A stretch of DNA of 64,000 nucleotides from Octopus bimaculoides (taxonomy: Eukaryota): NCBI RefSeq assembly GCF_001194135.2, contig NC_068995.1, forward strand, positions 57,932,827 to 57,996,826, read 5' to 3'. A model generated the notes under the pieces. The model did no database searches. It was not told the origin of the DNA and saw only the letters and a list, made by a program, of their open reading frames with translations. Each line of letters begins with the position of its first letter. The stretch's first letter is position 1. A program made the position numbers and the translations under genes. Of this stretch, positions 1 to 12,400 are shown piece after piece.

Positions 1-196
1 TATATATATATATATATATATATATATACGCGCGCGCACGTACACGTACACACACATAGTTATAGCATATTCTGTTATGAACGTAGTAGAGTACAGTATA
101 AAGCACTCGTTCACCTTCAGATTTAACCCTGTGCTATCCAACAGTAGTATAATATGTATTTCCAGCTTTGGCCAATCTGTCGTGTGTGAACAGGTA

Positions 197-510
197 ATTG
201 AAAAAATTTGGAGTGAACAAGGAGTAGAGTAGGATATTTATTTTCAATCATTACAGTTGTTTCTACGCGACGTAGTTCACCAGGCGTGCAACCATTTCCC
301 TGCATTATGAGATCTAGTTGTGTTTCCTCGAGCGATATGTAAATATTGTCTCCGTAAGTTCAAATTCTCAACTTCAAGAGCATCCTCTCTGTCGTGGCCT
401 GGAGTTAGTAGTACCTGCACGCCTGGAGAACTACTTTGCGTAGAAAGAATTGTAGGGATTGAAAACAAATGTCCAACCGTACTCCTTCTTGTTGACTCCA
501 AATTTTTTCA

Positions 511-512
<2 letters not shown>
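197..512. mobile_element. TA-flanked MITE with ~94 bp inverted arms (Tc1/mariner-type non-autonomous element)
   Basis: 197-290 is the reverse complement of 416-512 (about 80% by eye); flanked by TA at 195-196 and 513-514, the latter running into (TA)n. Confidence 0.65.
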
Positions 513-558
<46 letters not shown>

Positions 559-1722
559 AAACTGAGGTAAGAGAAATAAGTCAGAGTGGCCAGTGGCATG
601 CATTTGGAGAACAGACAAATACACGTATATTCAATAACGCACAACAAAAAACTCTTGATTTATTAAAATTTTCTCCGCCTCAGGAGGATGGATCATATTT
701 ACTAAATGGCAATGAAGATTAGCTTCATATGAGAAGGGGGGGGTGATCTGAAGAATCAAAAATGCTCTGCCATTAAGGAAAAGGATAGCGTTATTGTCTG
801 GAGAAAAGACTACAGACGTGGACACGTGTCTCTGGCTTAATAGTTGTCCGAGCTTACCGCCAGTAAGCAAGGGACTTAGACTTATACAAAAAAGAGTAGA
901 GAACATTGCCTACTTCTAGCAGTGTAGCCTCGTTTCCATGTCATTCGGATGTCTTTAAGCCTATTAGTGACCACACTGTGTCGACGACATGAATGCAACA
1001 TGTAAATAATGTACAACATGAAAGAAGATGCGTAGTAAATCATTACATACATATATACATGTGTGTGTGTGTGTGCCTGTGCGCATAAGTGCAGATGTGT
1101 ATGCATGGATATGGATATAAAAATACACAAACTATGTATGAAGAGAGAACGGCGAATGAGGAAGAGAGAGAGAGAGATTAAGAAGAACATGTATGGCTTC
1201 ATACACGTGTTTGTATGTAATTACGCACGCGCCTGTTTATTTGTGTCCTTCTGTCTACTTCATACAAACGCTTCGATACACACACAAGCAAATAATCAGA
1301 GGATACACATACATTGGAATACATTGTATCTATGTGCACTCGCGTACCAGATATGCGTATGTATACAAACTGAGCGCATATCTCTATAGAACAGAGATGT
1401 GGGCACATACCAATACAAAGACTCATTTACATACACACTCATATATATCGGCATACTTACTAAGGCACACGTACTCAGACACACATATACACAGGTATGC
1501 ATACACACGCACATACATGCACACACACACACACACACACACTTACGCACACATATACCAAATTAAAAAAAGTGGGAGAAACTCATACAGCCCAGGAACT
1601 ACAAAGTCTGTATAAACAGACAAGCAGAAGCATTCACATGCGAATAATTGTTCACACCTAAAGCACCGTGCTAATAAAGTTTGAGCGACCATCTTGAACA
1701 CGAAATTGCTATCTCTCTCTCT

Positions 1723-1759
<37 letters not shown>

Positions 1760-2539
1760 ATAGCAGCCACTTGTGTGTGTGAATGTATACAAACATACAT
1801 ACTCACACATACATATATACACACGTATGCATATGTGTGTGTGTGTGTAAATGTCTGTGTGCGTGTATGTACTCGGATTCTCACACACATGAACATACAT
1901 CTAGCTGGAATATATGTATGTTGATGTATTTGTGTGTGTGCGTGCGTGTTATTTAGTGATATGCAAGCAGAGTGCAGTCACAAAATTCCCGTACGTCCGT
2001 TCGTTGTTATTCTGCTGTTGGCAGTGGATTAAATAGCGAACACTGCCAGGTGACGCCACAAGCTTATGGGTGAAGACTTGTCTATCAAATATTCATCTCC
2101 TTAGTAACCACCTCCAGACGGATCACAGCCATTGGTTGAATATCTCCATGCGTTGACATAACTGTGTCTAAGACAAGCAAACCAAGCGTTCGCCGATTCA
2201 AAATGCGCCCCGAAAACTGCATCCAAATCTCCTCCTGCTTTACGGATTTGATCGTTGATAGGCTTACGTTGGCATCTTCCTTGGAAGATCTCTTTATTAT
2301 CAGTACTTCTCTCTCCCCCCTCTCTCTCTCTGATACTCTCTCTTTGACACTCTCTTTCACTCTCTCACTCTTTATATCTATCTATACACACACACGTATG
2401 AAATTTGACTGGTAACCACCGTTGCTGGTGTCGCCATCTCTGGTTGTTTTCAACTTAAGAAGCAAAGAGAGAAAAAGGGTAAGAAATTTAAGAGGACAAG
2501 AAACTTCCTTCAGTGGGAGAGAATCACTGAGAGAGATTT

Positions 2540-2604
<65 letters not shown>

Positions 2605-3783
2605 TTATTTTATGCGAGTAGATATTNNNNNNNNNNNNNNNNNNNNNNNNNNNNNNNNNNNGTAGCTGCAAGTAGATACAGAGAAATTTATTTCGCCCTT
2701 GAATTTGGGGCTTGTACCGCCACTTGGTCATTTAAGACACTCATAAACTATATAAACGACCGACATTTTTTTTCTTTCTTATCTTTTTTTCTTAAACAGT
2801 AGAGAAAAGAGGTGAGAAAAGGAAGAGCATTAAAAGCCCCTGAATCCCTTACAGAGTACGATCGATATTTTCTATTTCTTTTATATTTAACAGTGGAGGA
2901 GAACTTGATTGATAGAGAATCTCTTACGCGTTTAAGATTTCCAAGGGACTTATTTTATTTCTCATATTTTTTTTTGTTGTTCTTGTTTCTCTCTCTCGCT
3001 CTCCCTCTCTCGCTCTCCCTCTCTCCTCTCTCTCTCTCTCTCAGTTTTTCATTAGCTCTTCACCTCTAAATTACTTGTACTATATGAACTAAATCTGAAG
3101 GTATTTTCTAATTCACTGTAAAAAATGCATTTTTTTTTTCTGCCTGCTTTCGCTTTTGCGTCTCCTTTATTTAGATTGTTCCCAGCTGTTCTTTAGCTCT
3201 TCACCTCTATTATATTAAATACCTTCCTCCGGTTTTCAAGGAAATATATTTAACTCTTTGAATAATTTTATTAATAATTTTTAATTAATCTTGTTGAATT
3301 GACCCCTATTTAAGCCCTTATTATTACTTTTATAAGCATATAATTTACTTCCTTTTAATTCTTATTTATTTATGTTAAATACTTTATCTTCTTACATGAA
3401 CCTCTTAACATATTTACATCCGGTATCTCACCAAGAGAACGCTGCATATCTGAAACTTTAAATTTTTCTCCAATTGTCACTTATCCTTATTAGTCTAGCT
3501 CAATAATAAAGGGTTGAAAGGCTATATTTTGTAAGTCTTTATTCGTCTATTCATTTTTACTCTATCTATTTTTACTTTTTACTCTATTTTATTTTATTTT
3601 ATTTTTTATTTCATTCTTGATTTTATTTTAATATCTAAAAATGTTTATGTACCCCAGCATTAAGCTAATAGATCTTATAAGTCTTTTAACCCTTCCGATA
3701 TTTACAATAAGTAATAGATTGCTTGGATTTACTAAATTTATACTCGGGCTAAGCCCGAACAGCCCGAGTGCCAGAGGCGGCAA

Positions 3784-3820
<37 letters not shown>

Positions 3821-4544
3821 GGTAATATTAGGTCTCACGCACACACATGTATACACATACACCACATACATACATACACTTTTAGCTTCTTTTGCTGGCG
3901 TAACTCATTAAACTGTCTTCAGTCTATTCGTCGATAGGAATCTTTCTTATGTATTCATTTCTTTCTAAAGCTTCTCTTTGTCAACTCCTTATTGTAATGT
4001 ATCGAAAGATAAATTGGAGGTTCTTTTGTTAATTCCAACTACCATATTTCATTGTATATACGACGCACATTTTCCCTGAAAATGTCTCAGAAAATTAACC
4101 GGATTCTGCATGCGAAGTTGCCCCTCTGCTCAAGATTTTTAACGCGCTAAGATTTTTTTTTTTTTTCTCTCTTTTTTTTTTTTTTTTTTGCTGATTATAC
4201 CCTGCTGAAATTAGGATACGTTTAATCTACTCATGATTCTTTAAAGCCATCAAATACAGTCCTAAGTTTCTAATTACATCTAGAACAAGGTTGGAATTCC
4301 TATGAATATAATTATTTCAAATTTTAGAAAAAAGGTCAGCAATTTTGGGAGGCAGAGTTAGTCGTCGATTACACTGACCCCAGTGCTTAACTGGTACTTT
4401 GTTTTATCGACCTGAAAAGGATAAAAAGCAAAGCTGACTTTGGCAGAATTTCAACTCGGAATGTAAAGAACCGGAGGAAGTGCCGCTAAGCATTTTGTCC
4501 GACGCACTAACGATTCAGCCTTAGGAATTCCTATGACTATAAAC

Positions 4545-5400
4545 GGACTCCTTGTTGGGTTTTCTCGACAAATAATGCTTGTGTGTCTAAAGTAACGTCC
4601 ATGACTTTGATTGTAGTTAGACTGGACTTGGTATTTTTGTTTGAGCCAAATTTCTTGAAGCTCTTTCTAAATCCATCTTAAGATGTGACCGTTCATGTTA
4701 CTTGGATTTGTTAGGTTTTCGTCTCTGACAAAACTCCGAGCTGTGGGGGATTACGCGCTACTCGAGAGTGTCCAGGATAAATAATCCAACATGATCTGCA
4801 ACCTCAGCTCTATCGAAACTCCCGATACATACATTTAATGACTGGTCCCCTTCCTTTTTGACTCAATAGGAGACACCATGATATAATAATGATTTCGATC
4901 CTAGTGTTCCTGACTGCTCTAATATTATTGAGATCACTAATCCAAGTGCTTTACCTTTCGGTGTGAAGAACTTTGTTCTTAACAGCGCGGAACTACTTGT
5001 TAAAGAAATCAGATTTGTAGCCCTTGAGTGTATATAGTGTGGGAAAGGTGCGTGGTGAGGCAAATCACATTCTCTTCTATTTTTAACAATGTAGTTAACT
5101 ACTTCGCTTTCCCTGTAAATGTTGATGACACTGTTGGGTATGAAACTGTTGTATGTTCTTTGTTTTACCAACAAGAATGTATATCCTGGGACATTCTTTG
5201 GATGGTGTCATGTAATTGTTCAAGATATTTACGAAAGAGCTGGCGTCGATTTAAAATATAACCATTTTTAATCGGGTTAAGTCAGCTTTGAAGTCCTTGA
5301 GATCTTTTATTTCAATTAAATAGATTAATAAATTGATTCAGTGGTTTAGAAAGTAAACTCAATAGTTTAAGAAAATGTCCTTGCTTGGCGAGTAATACGA
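4545..5400 (-). mobile_element. Decayed Penelope-like retroelement RT fragment
   Basis: 4823-4773 reads GSFDRAEVADHVGLFIL (PLE motif GSYDGAEVCELVGLFIL), followed by degenerate RDD-like and MDVTLD segments; upstream KSLLYH; has frameshifts and stops. Confidence 0.75.
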
Positions 5401-5894
5401 ACTGAATCCATGTGTGAAACTAAAGCAATCAAAGCATGGAGGACACAAACTAACCATTCAAAAATAGACAAAAACTGTTAACTTCATTTAAACATTTATT
5501 ATTTAGTGTCGACATTTTCATCGCTCCAATTGCAACTTGGTCGTTGAAACGGTCCCGCTGCAAATAATGCCAAATAATAAATGCTTAAGTGAAGTCAACA
5601 GTTCTGCGTGTTTTTGAACGGGTAGAATGTATCTTCCGCATTGTAATTCTTTTCACTATAATTATTTCTACGATAGGCACGAGGTCTGAAATCTTGGGTA
5701 AGAGGTCAGTCGATTACATAGGACACCAGTACTCAAATTTCACCTCGGAGATATATTAACTCAGAACGTAAAGCCGGAAAAAATGTCACTAAGTATTTGT
5801 CCGGCGCAGTAATGTTTCTGCCAGAGTGCTGCCTTTATTGCGCGCTGCAATTCTCAATAGTTAAAGTTAGTTTAATGATCGTTTCTGCTGTAGG

Positions 5895-6040
5895 TACAAG
5901 ACCTGAAGATTTGGGGTGGCGGTGGTAGTCGACGACACCGTGCCTAGTATTTCACTGGTACTTATTTTATCGACCGCGAAAGAATGAAAAGCAAAGTCGA
6001 CCTCGGCGGAATTTGAACTCAGAACATAAAGATAGATGGA
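5895..6040 (+). mobile_element. SINE-like repeat copy (CpG-intact)
   Basis: Same core as 44090, retaining gtcgacctcggcgg. Confidence 0.8.
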
Positions 6041-6281
6041 CAAAATGTTGCCTTCTTAAGTTAGTTTTAAAAGTTCAAAAGTTTAGCAACTTAGTTCAGC
6101 AGTTTAACAAAGTTAGATGGGAATTTAATAACATGGTTCAAAAGTTAAACACTTTGTCCTGAGGTCACGATAAAGCTTTCTACCTTTTTCTTTACTTTTT
6201 CGTTTTTTTTTTTTTTCAAAGACAATAAAGACTTAAAAGTAAACAGTTATATGAAGACAATAAATATTATATCATATAAAT

Positions 6282-6430
6282 CGGAAATAGGCAACCTTTT
6301 TCGAGAATCGGACCGCATGAGACATGATTTATCATCACGTGGTCCGCACTGCTGAAAAAAGTTCAAAGTGACTTTTCGTTAGACGTGGCATTCAGAAAAT
6401 CCCACGTACCACAGTTTGCACACGACTGAT
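6282..6430. mobile_element. Possible degenerate hAT/Charlie-type MITE
   Basis: Ends ataggcaacc.. and ..gtttgcacacgactg resemble Charlie TIRs; internal cggacc/ggtccg inverted pair. Confidence 0.3.
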
Positions 6431-6462
6431 ATAAATACGTTAAATATATAGATGCATTAATA

Positions 6463-6686
6463 CACACACACACACACATATGTATAAATATATATGTGTG
6501 TGAGTATGTACATACATATTGTATGTATATTTCTATATCTATCTGTCTGTCTATCTATCTATATATCTATCTATCTATCTATCTGTCTATCTCTCTGTCT
6601 ATCTATCTATTTATGTATCTATCTACATATATATATATATATATTTGTATAACTATATATGTATGTATGTATGTATATATATATAT
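6463..6686. repeat. Compound (CA)/(TA)/(TATC)/(TATG) microsatellite leading into a gap; similar compound tracts at 1040-1950 and 7165-7600
   Basis: Direct reading. Confidence 0.9.
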
Positions 6687-7168
6687 NNNNNNNNNNNNNN
6701 NNNNNNNNNNNNNNNNNNNNNNNNNNNNNNNNNNNNNNNNNNNNNNNNNNNNNNNNNNNNNNNNNNNNNNNNNNNNNNNNNNNNNNNNNNNNNNNNNNNN
6801 NNNNNNNNNNNNNNNNNNNNNNNNNNNNNNNNNNNNNNNNNNNNNNNNNNNNNNNNNNNNNNNNNNNNNNNNNNNNNNNNNNNNNNNNNNNNNNNNNNNN
6901 NNNNNNNNNNNNNNNNNNNNNNNNNNNNNNNNNNNNNNNNNNNNNNNNNNNNNNNNNNNNNNNNNNNNNNNNNNNNNNNNNNNNNNNNNNNNNNNNNNNN
7001 NNNNNNNNNNNNNNNNNNNNNNNNNNNNNNNNNNNNNNNNNNNNNNNNNNNNNNNNNNNNNNNNNNTTCTATTTTCAGTTGCGCATAATGTTTAGTTCTG
7101 TTCGTTTTTAGTTTGTTGTTGTTGGTGATGGTGTTTGTTTCATTTTTGTTTTGTTTTTGGTTTTATAT

Positions 7169-7237
<69 letters not shown>

Positions 7238-7510
7238 TTTTGCTGTTCATAGTTTTGTTTCTGTTTTTTTGTGTCCTTTTGTACCAGTGTCCAGTGAAAA
7301 CTCACTATAATAAGCCGCCGGCAAGTGTGCAAAGGAGGAACAACGCAGCCATACACATACACACACACTCACACACACATATACACACTCACACACATAT
7401 GTGTATTCACACACAAACACATACACATGCATATATGTGTGTGTATGCGAGCATGTTCATAGATTCTACAAAAAGAATATATGTATATATTCTTGTGTTT
7501 AGGGCATATA

Positions 7511-7546
<36 letters not shown>

Positions 7547-7866
7547 TGTGTGTATATACACACACGGGTACACACACAGGTACACACACATACATATAGA
7601 AAGAGAGAGGGAGAGTACAGCTGTACCGTACGATCGTCGATTGCATCGAAAAGCACATCACCAATGGCCTTCATATGGGGCTTGCTCCTGGCATGAAATT
7701 TTGGGTATCAAGATTTAAATCGAGATTGCCTGAAATAAAAATACGCAATAAATTTGCGCTATCACATTGACAATTAAGATATTTTATAACTAGCATTATT
7801 TGCAAACACAATCCTGCGACTGTCTATATATATATATTTATATATATATATATATATACACACACA

Positions 7867-9000
7867 CAGGGTGCGTAAGATATTTGAGGACAGATTTATG
7901 TTTATAAAAAAGAAAACAGATATATGATAAGAGATAACTTTGTTTATCAAAAAATATTATGAGGATAAAAATAAACCTTCTTTTCTATAATGTTATTCAA
8001 TAAAGCCACCTTCAGCTTCAACAACTGCGTCTGTATGAGATCTAAATAATCTCCATGCTTGAATCGAGTGGTCCTGGTTCATTTTGGACATTACTCTGAC
8101 TATGGCAGCTTTCAAAGAATCTTTGGTGTTATGGCCATGTTCATTGACCTCTCTCTCAACAACGCTCCACATGTAATAGTTCAATTGATTGAGATCTGGG
8201 CAATTAGGAGGTCAAATGCTAGGGGTTATGTGATCATGAAAATTTTCTGCCATCCATCCCTGTCTTACTAGAGCCATGTGTGATAGTGCAGAGTCTTACT
8301 GAAACACATATGGCCTTTTATTGCATACGCTGTTTATCCAGGGTTTAACAATTATTTCCAGGACCTCAATGTAGGCGGCAGAGTTAACTCTAAGGCCTTG
8401 TGGAAAGAAGTAAGGAGGCATCACATGTTCTTCATTGCTGACAGCCCCTAAAACCATGACAGTTGCAGGAAATTTTGTATGCATAACACTTGGAACTTCA
8501 GAATGGTCTGCACATAACCATCTGTCATTTCTTCTGTTAACTTTTTGGTCTTGGTCGAAGTATTCCTCGTTTGAGAAAAACCAAATCAAATCTCCTTCTG
8601 CTGGATTTTTCAGTTTAAGAGCCTTTTAGATCTGACGTAATGATTTTCTTTTCCGTTTTCTGACAAACTGACCTTTCCTCATCATATAACACTTATATCT
8701 GAAGTCTTCGTGGACGACATTTCTGACTGTTTTTTCTGACACGTGGAGATCTTTTGCAATTGACCTCATGGACTTTCTAGGATTGTAATCAATGGTCTGT
8801 TGAATTTGCTGGATAAACTCAGGTGTTCTGATGACTTCATAGCATTTAGAATGCTTTTCATGCTTTCATACTGGTGATAAGTTTCCATCTTCTGTCTCCA
8901 GCTCTTTACAAACTTTGGAGAAGATCTGGCAATTTTTAAAACTCGAGATCTTTCTAAATCGCTACACTCAGCTTTTCTAGCCACAAGAACAGCACATTTC
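7867..9000 (-). mobile_element. Decayed DD37D (maT) Tc1/mariner transposon with one TIR (CAGGGTG...)
   Basis: Fragments WFFSNE..NDRW..KFPATVMVLGAVS..RPYVFQ*DSA..PPNCPDLNQLNYYMWSVVE..EAEGGFIE*. There are 37 residues between D2 and the D3 position; D1 and D3 are mutated to N and there are in-frame stops. Terminal CAGGGTG at 7867. Confidence 0.85.
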
Positions 9001-9002
9001 GC

Positions 9003-9490
9003 GTCCACGTTTCAGCTGTTGAGGAGCTGCCTCAACACCCAGTCATGGTCCAGGCAGGAGCTGGGGCAGTCGGCTCCTGCCTGGACGAAAACCATGCTGC
9101 GTATCACTCAGCAAGTCGTTTTCTTCAAGGAATGTGATTAGTTTCCATCTGACGATTCCTTCCATGACTTTGTTGATGTGTGAAGTCGGAGAGATAGCCT
9201 TTTGATTTTTAGCATCTGTTCGCTTCCTTCTTCATAGATTGGGCATATTATTCCCTCCTTCAGTTTACTTGGCAGCTTGCCATTTGCAAGAAAGCTCTAG
9301 AAGAGCATCTGTAGTGGTTTTGCCAGGGCACATTTACAGGATTTGAGGAGGACTGCTGAGAAACCATCAGCGCCAGCAATTGAGCCTGTGTCCACCTCAT
9401 CTACGGCTAGTATTATATTTTCTTCCCCAATGTCCATGTAATCCATCGTAACTGCTTCGCTGGTTATAGGTGAGGCGGCAAAGAAATCCT
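9003..9490 (-). mobile_element. CR1/L2-clade LINE reverse-transcriptase fragment (decayed)
   Basis: Minus strand gives AGADGFSAVLLKSCKCALAKPL..GKLPSKLKEGIICPIY..TSHINKVMEGIVRWKLITFLEENDLLSDTQHGFRPGRS, typical RT domain 0-2 of CR1/L2/Jockey LINEs. Confidence 0.8.
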
Positions 9491-9491
9491 C

Positions 9492-12400
9492 TGGTTATTT
9501 CGAACATACGTTCGTTCGTTCGTTCGTACACACATACGTCCGTTCGTTCGTTCTTTCGTACGATCGTACGTTCGTTCGTTCGTTCGTTCGTTCATACGTT
9601 CGTCCATTCTTTCGTTCGTTCGCACGTTCGTGCGTGCGTGCGTGTGTGCATGCGTGCGTGCGTGCCAACGTTCGTTCGTTCATTCGCTCGCACGCACGTA
9701 CGCAAACTCGCTTGTTCGTACGTACGTACGTTCGTTCTTTCATTCTATCGTTCGTTCGTTCTTTTGGTCGTTTGTACGTTCGTTCATTCGTAAGTTCGTG
9801 CGTGCGTGCGTGCGTACGTACGTACTTACGTTTGTTCGTTCATTCGTTTGTTTGTACGTACGTTCGTTAGTTCGTTCATTTGTTCGGAAGTACGTACGTA
9901 CGTTCGTTAATACGTACGTTCATTCATTCCTTCATTCATACGTTCGTGCGTATTACGTACGTTCGTTCACTCGTTAGTTCGCATGTACGTACGTTCGTTN
10001 NNNNNNNNNGTTCGTTAGTTCGTTCATTTGTTCGGAAGTACGTACGTACGTTCGTTAATTCGTACGTTCATTCATTCCTTCATTCATACGTTCGTGTGTA
10101 TTACGTACGTTCGTTCACTCGTTAGTTCGCATGTACGTACGTTCGTTCGTACGTACGTACTTCGTTCGTTTGTTCGTTCGTTCGACATACGTTCGTTCCT
10201 TCGTTCGTTCGTTAGTTCGTACGTTTATTCCTTCATTCGTTCGTTAGTTCGTTCATTCGTTCATTCATACGTTCGTGCGTATTACGTACGTTCGTACGTT
10301 CATTCCTTCATTCGTTCGTTAGTTCGTTCATTCGTTCATTCATACGTTCGTGCGTATTACGTACGTACGTTCGTTCACTCTTTAGTTCGCATGTACGTAC
10401 GTTCGTTCGTTCGTTCGTTCGACATACGTTCGTTCCTTCGTTCGATCTTTCGTTTGTGTGTTCGTTCATTCGTTCGTACGTGTGTTCGTTCATTCGTTCA
10501 TACGTACATTCGTTCTTACGTTCGCGTGTGCGTTCCTGCGTACGTTCGTTTATATGTACGTTTGTTCGTTCGTTCGTTCGATTGCCCGTCCTCCCGTACG
10601 TATATTCGTTCATTTGTTCGTTCATACGTACGTGCGTTCGTTCGTTCGTTCGTTCGTTCGTTCGCTCGATCCTTCGTGCGTTCTTTCGTTCGTTCCTTTG
10701 TTCGTTCGTTCCTTCGTTTGTTCTTTCGTTCGGTGGTTCGTTCGTTCTTTCGTACGTACGTTCAATCCTTCGTTGGTTCGATCGCTCATTCGTTCCTTTG
10801 TTCTTTCGTTCGTTCGTGCGTGAGTGCATGCGCACGTACGTTCGTTCGTTCATTCGTTCTTTCTTTCTTTCGTTCGTTCGTTTGTAGGTACGTACGTTCG
10901 TTCTTTCGTTCATTCGTCCGTTATTTCTTTCGTTCGTTCGTTCGTACATACTTTCGATCGTTCGTTCCTTCCTACGTTCATTCGTTCATTCGCTCGCAAG
11001 CACTTACGCAAACTCGCTTGTTCGTACGTACGTTCGTTCGTTCGTTCGTTCTTTTGGTCGTTCGTTCGTTCGTTTGTACGTTCGTTCGTTCGTAAGTTCG
11101 TGCGTGTGTGCGTACGTACGTACTTACGTTTGTTCGTTCATTCGTTTGTTTATACGTACGTTAGTTCGTTCATTTGTTCGGAAGTACGTACGTACGTTCG
11201 TTAGTTCGTACGTTCGTTCTTTCGTTTGTTCGTTAGTTCGTTCATTCGTTCATTCATACGTTCGTGCGTATTACGTACGTACTTTCGTACGTACGTACGT
11301 TCGTTCGTTCGTACGTAAGTACGTTCGTTCGTACGTACGTACGTTCGTTCGTTCGTTCTTACGTTCGTGTGTGCGTTCGTGCGTACGTTCGTTTATATGT
11401 TCGTTCGATTGCCCGTCCTCCCGTACGTATATTCGTTCGTGCGTTCGTTCGTTCGTTCGCTCGATCCTTCGTGCGTTCTTTCGTTCGTTCCTTTGTTCGC
11501 TCGTTCCTTCGTTTGTTCTTTCGTTCAGTGGTTCGTTCGTACGTACGTTCAATCCTTCGTTGGTCCGATCGCTCATTCGTTCCTTTGTTCTTTCGTTCCA
11601 TCGTTCGTGCGTGTGTGAGTGCATGCGCACGTACGTTCGTTCGTACGTGCGTTCGTTCGTTCTTTTGTACGTACGTACGTTCGTTCGTTGGTTCGTTCTT
11701 ACGTTCGTGCGTGCGTTCGTTCGTTCGTTTATATGTATGTATGTTTGTTTGTTTGTTCGTTCGTTCGTTCGATCGCCCGTCCGTCCATACGTATTTTGGT
11801 TCATTCGTTCGTTCATACGTACGTGCTTTCGTTCGTTCGTTCGCTCGCTCCTTGGTGCGTTCTTTCGTTCGTTCCTTTGTTCGTTCGTTCGTTCGTTTGT
11901 TCTTTCGTTCGGTGGTTCGTTCGTTCGTACGTACCTTCAATCGTTCATTCGTTCGATCGCTCGTTCGTTCCTTTGTTCTTTCGATCCGGCGTTCGTTCGT
12001 TCGTACGTACGTTCGTTCCTTCGTTCGTTCCTTCGTTCGTTCGATCGTACGCTCGTGTGTGCTTACGTACGTACTACGTACGTTCGTTCGTTCATTCGTC
12101 CGTTCTTTCTTTCGTTCGTTCTTTCTTTCGTTAGTTCTTCCGTTCGTGCTTATATTTGTGCGTGCGAACGTTCGTTCGTTCTTTCGTTCGTTCGTTCGCT
12201 CGCACGCACGCACTAACGGTCGCTTGTTCGCACGTTCGCTCTTTCGTTCGTTTGTTCGTTCTTACGTACGTACGTACGTTCGTTCTTTCAGTTGTTGCTT
12301 GTTCATTCGTTCGTTCGTACGTACTTTTGTTCGTTCGTACATTCTTTCGATCGTTCGTACGTTCATGCGTACGTACGTACGTTCGTTCGTTCATTCGTTC

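Noticed and set aside
631-1924. ORFs rich in HT/CV/YI/ER (also 6496-7718, 45939-47430)
   Set aside because: Translations of dinucleotide microsatellites or N-runs.
2018-2047. miR-34-like seed TGGCAGTG in a hairpin
   Set aside because: The stem is only 8 bp and the sequence departs from miR-34 after the seed; too short for a pre-miRNA.
9862-10145. ~137 bp near-perfect tandem duplication (also 13047-13200 vs 13517-13640)
   Set aside because: Each pair flanks an N-gap, which is typical of unmerged contig or haplotype overlap.
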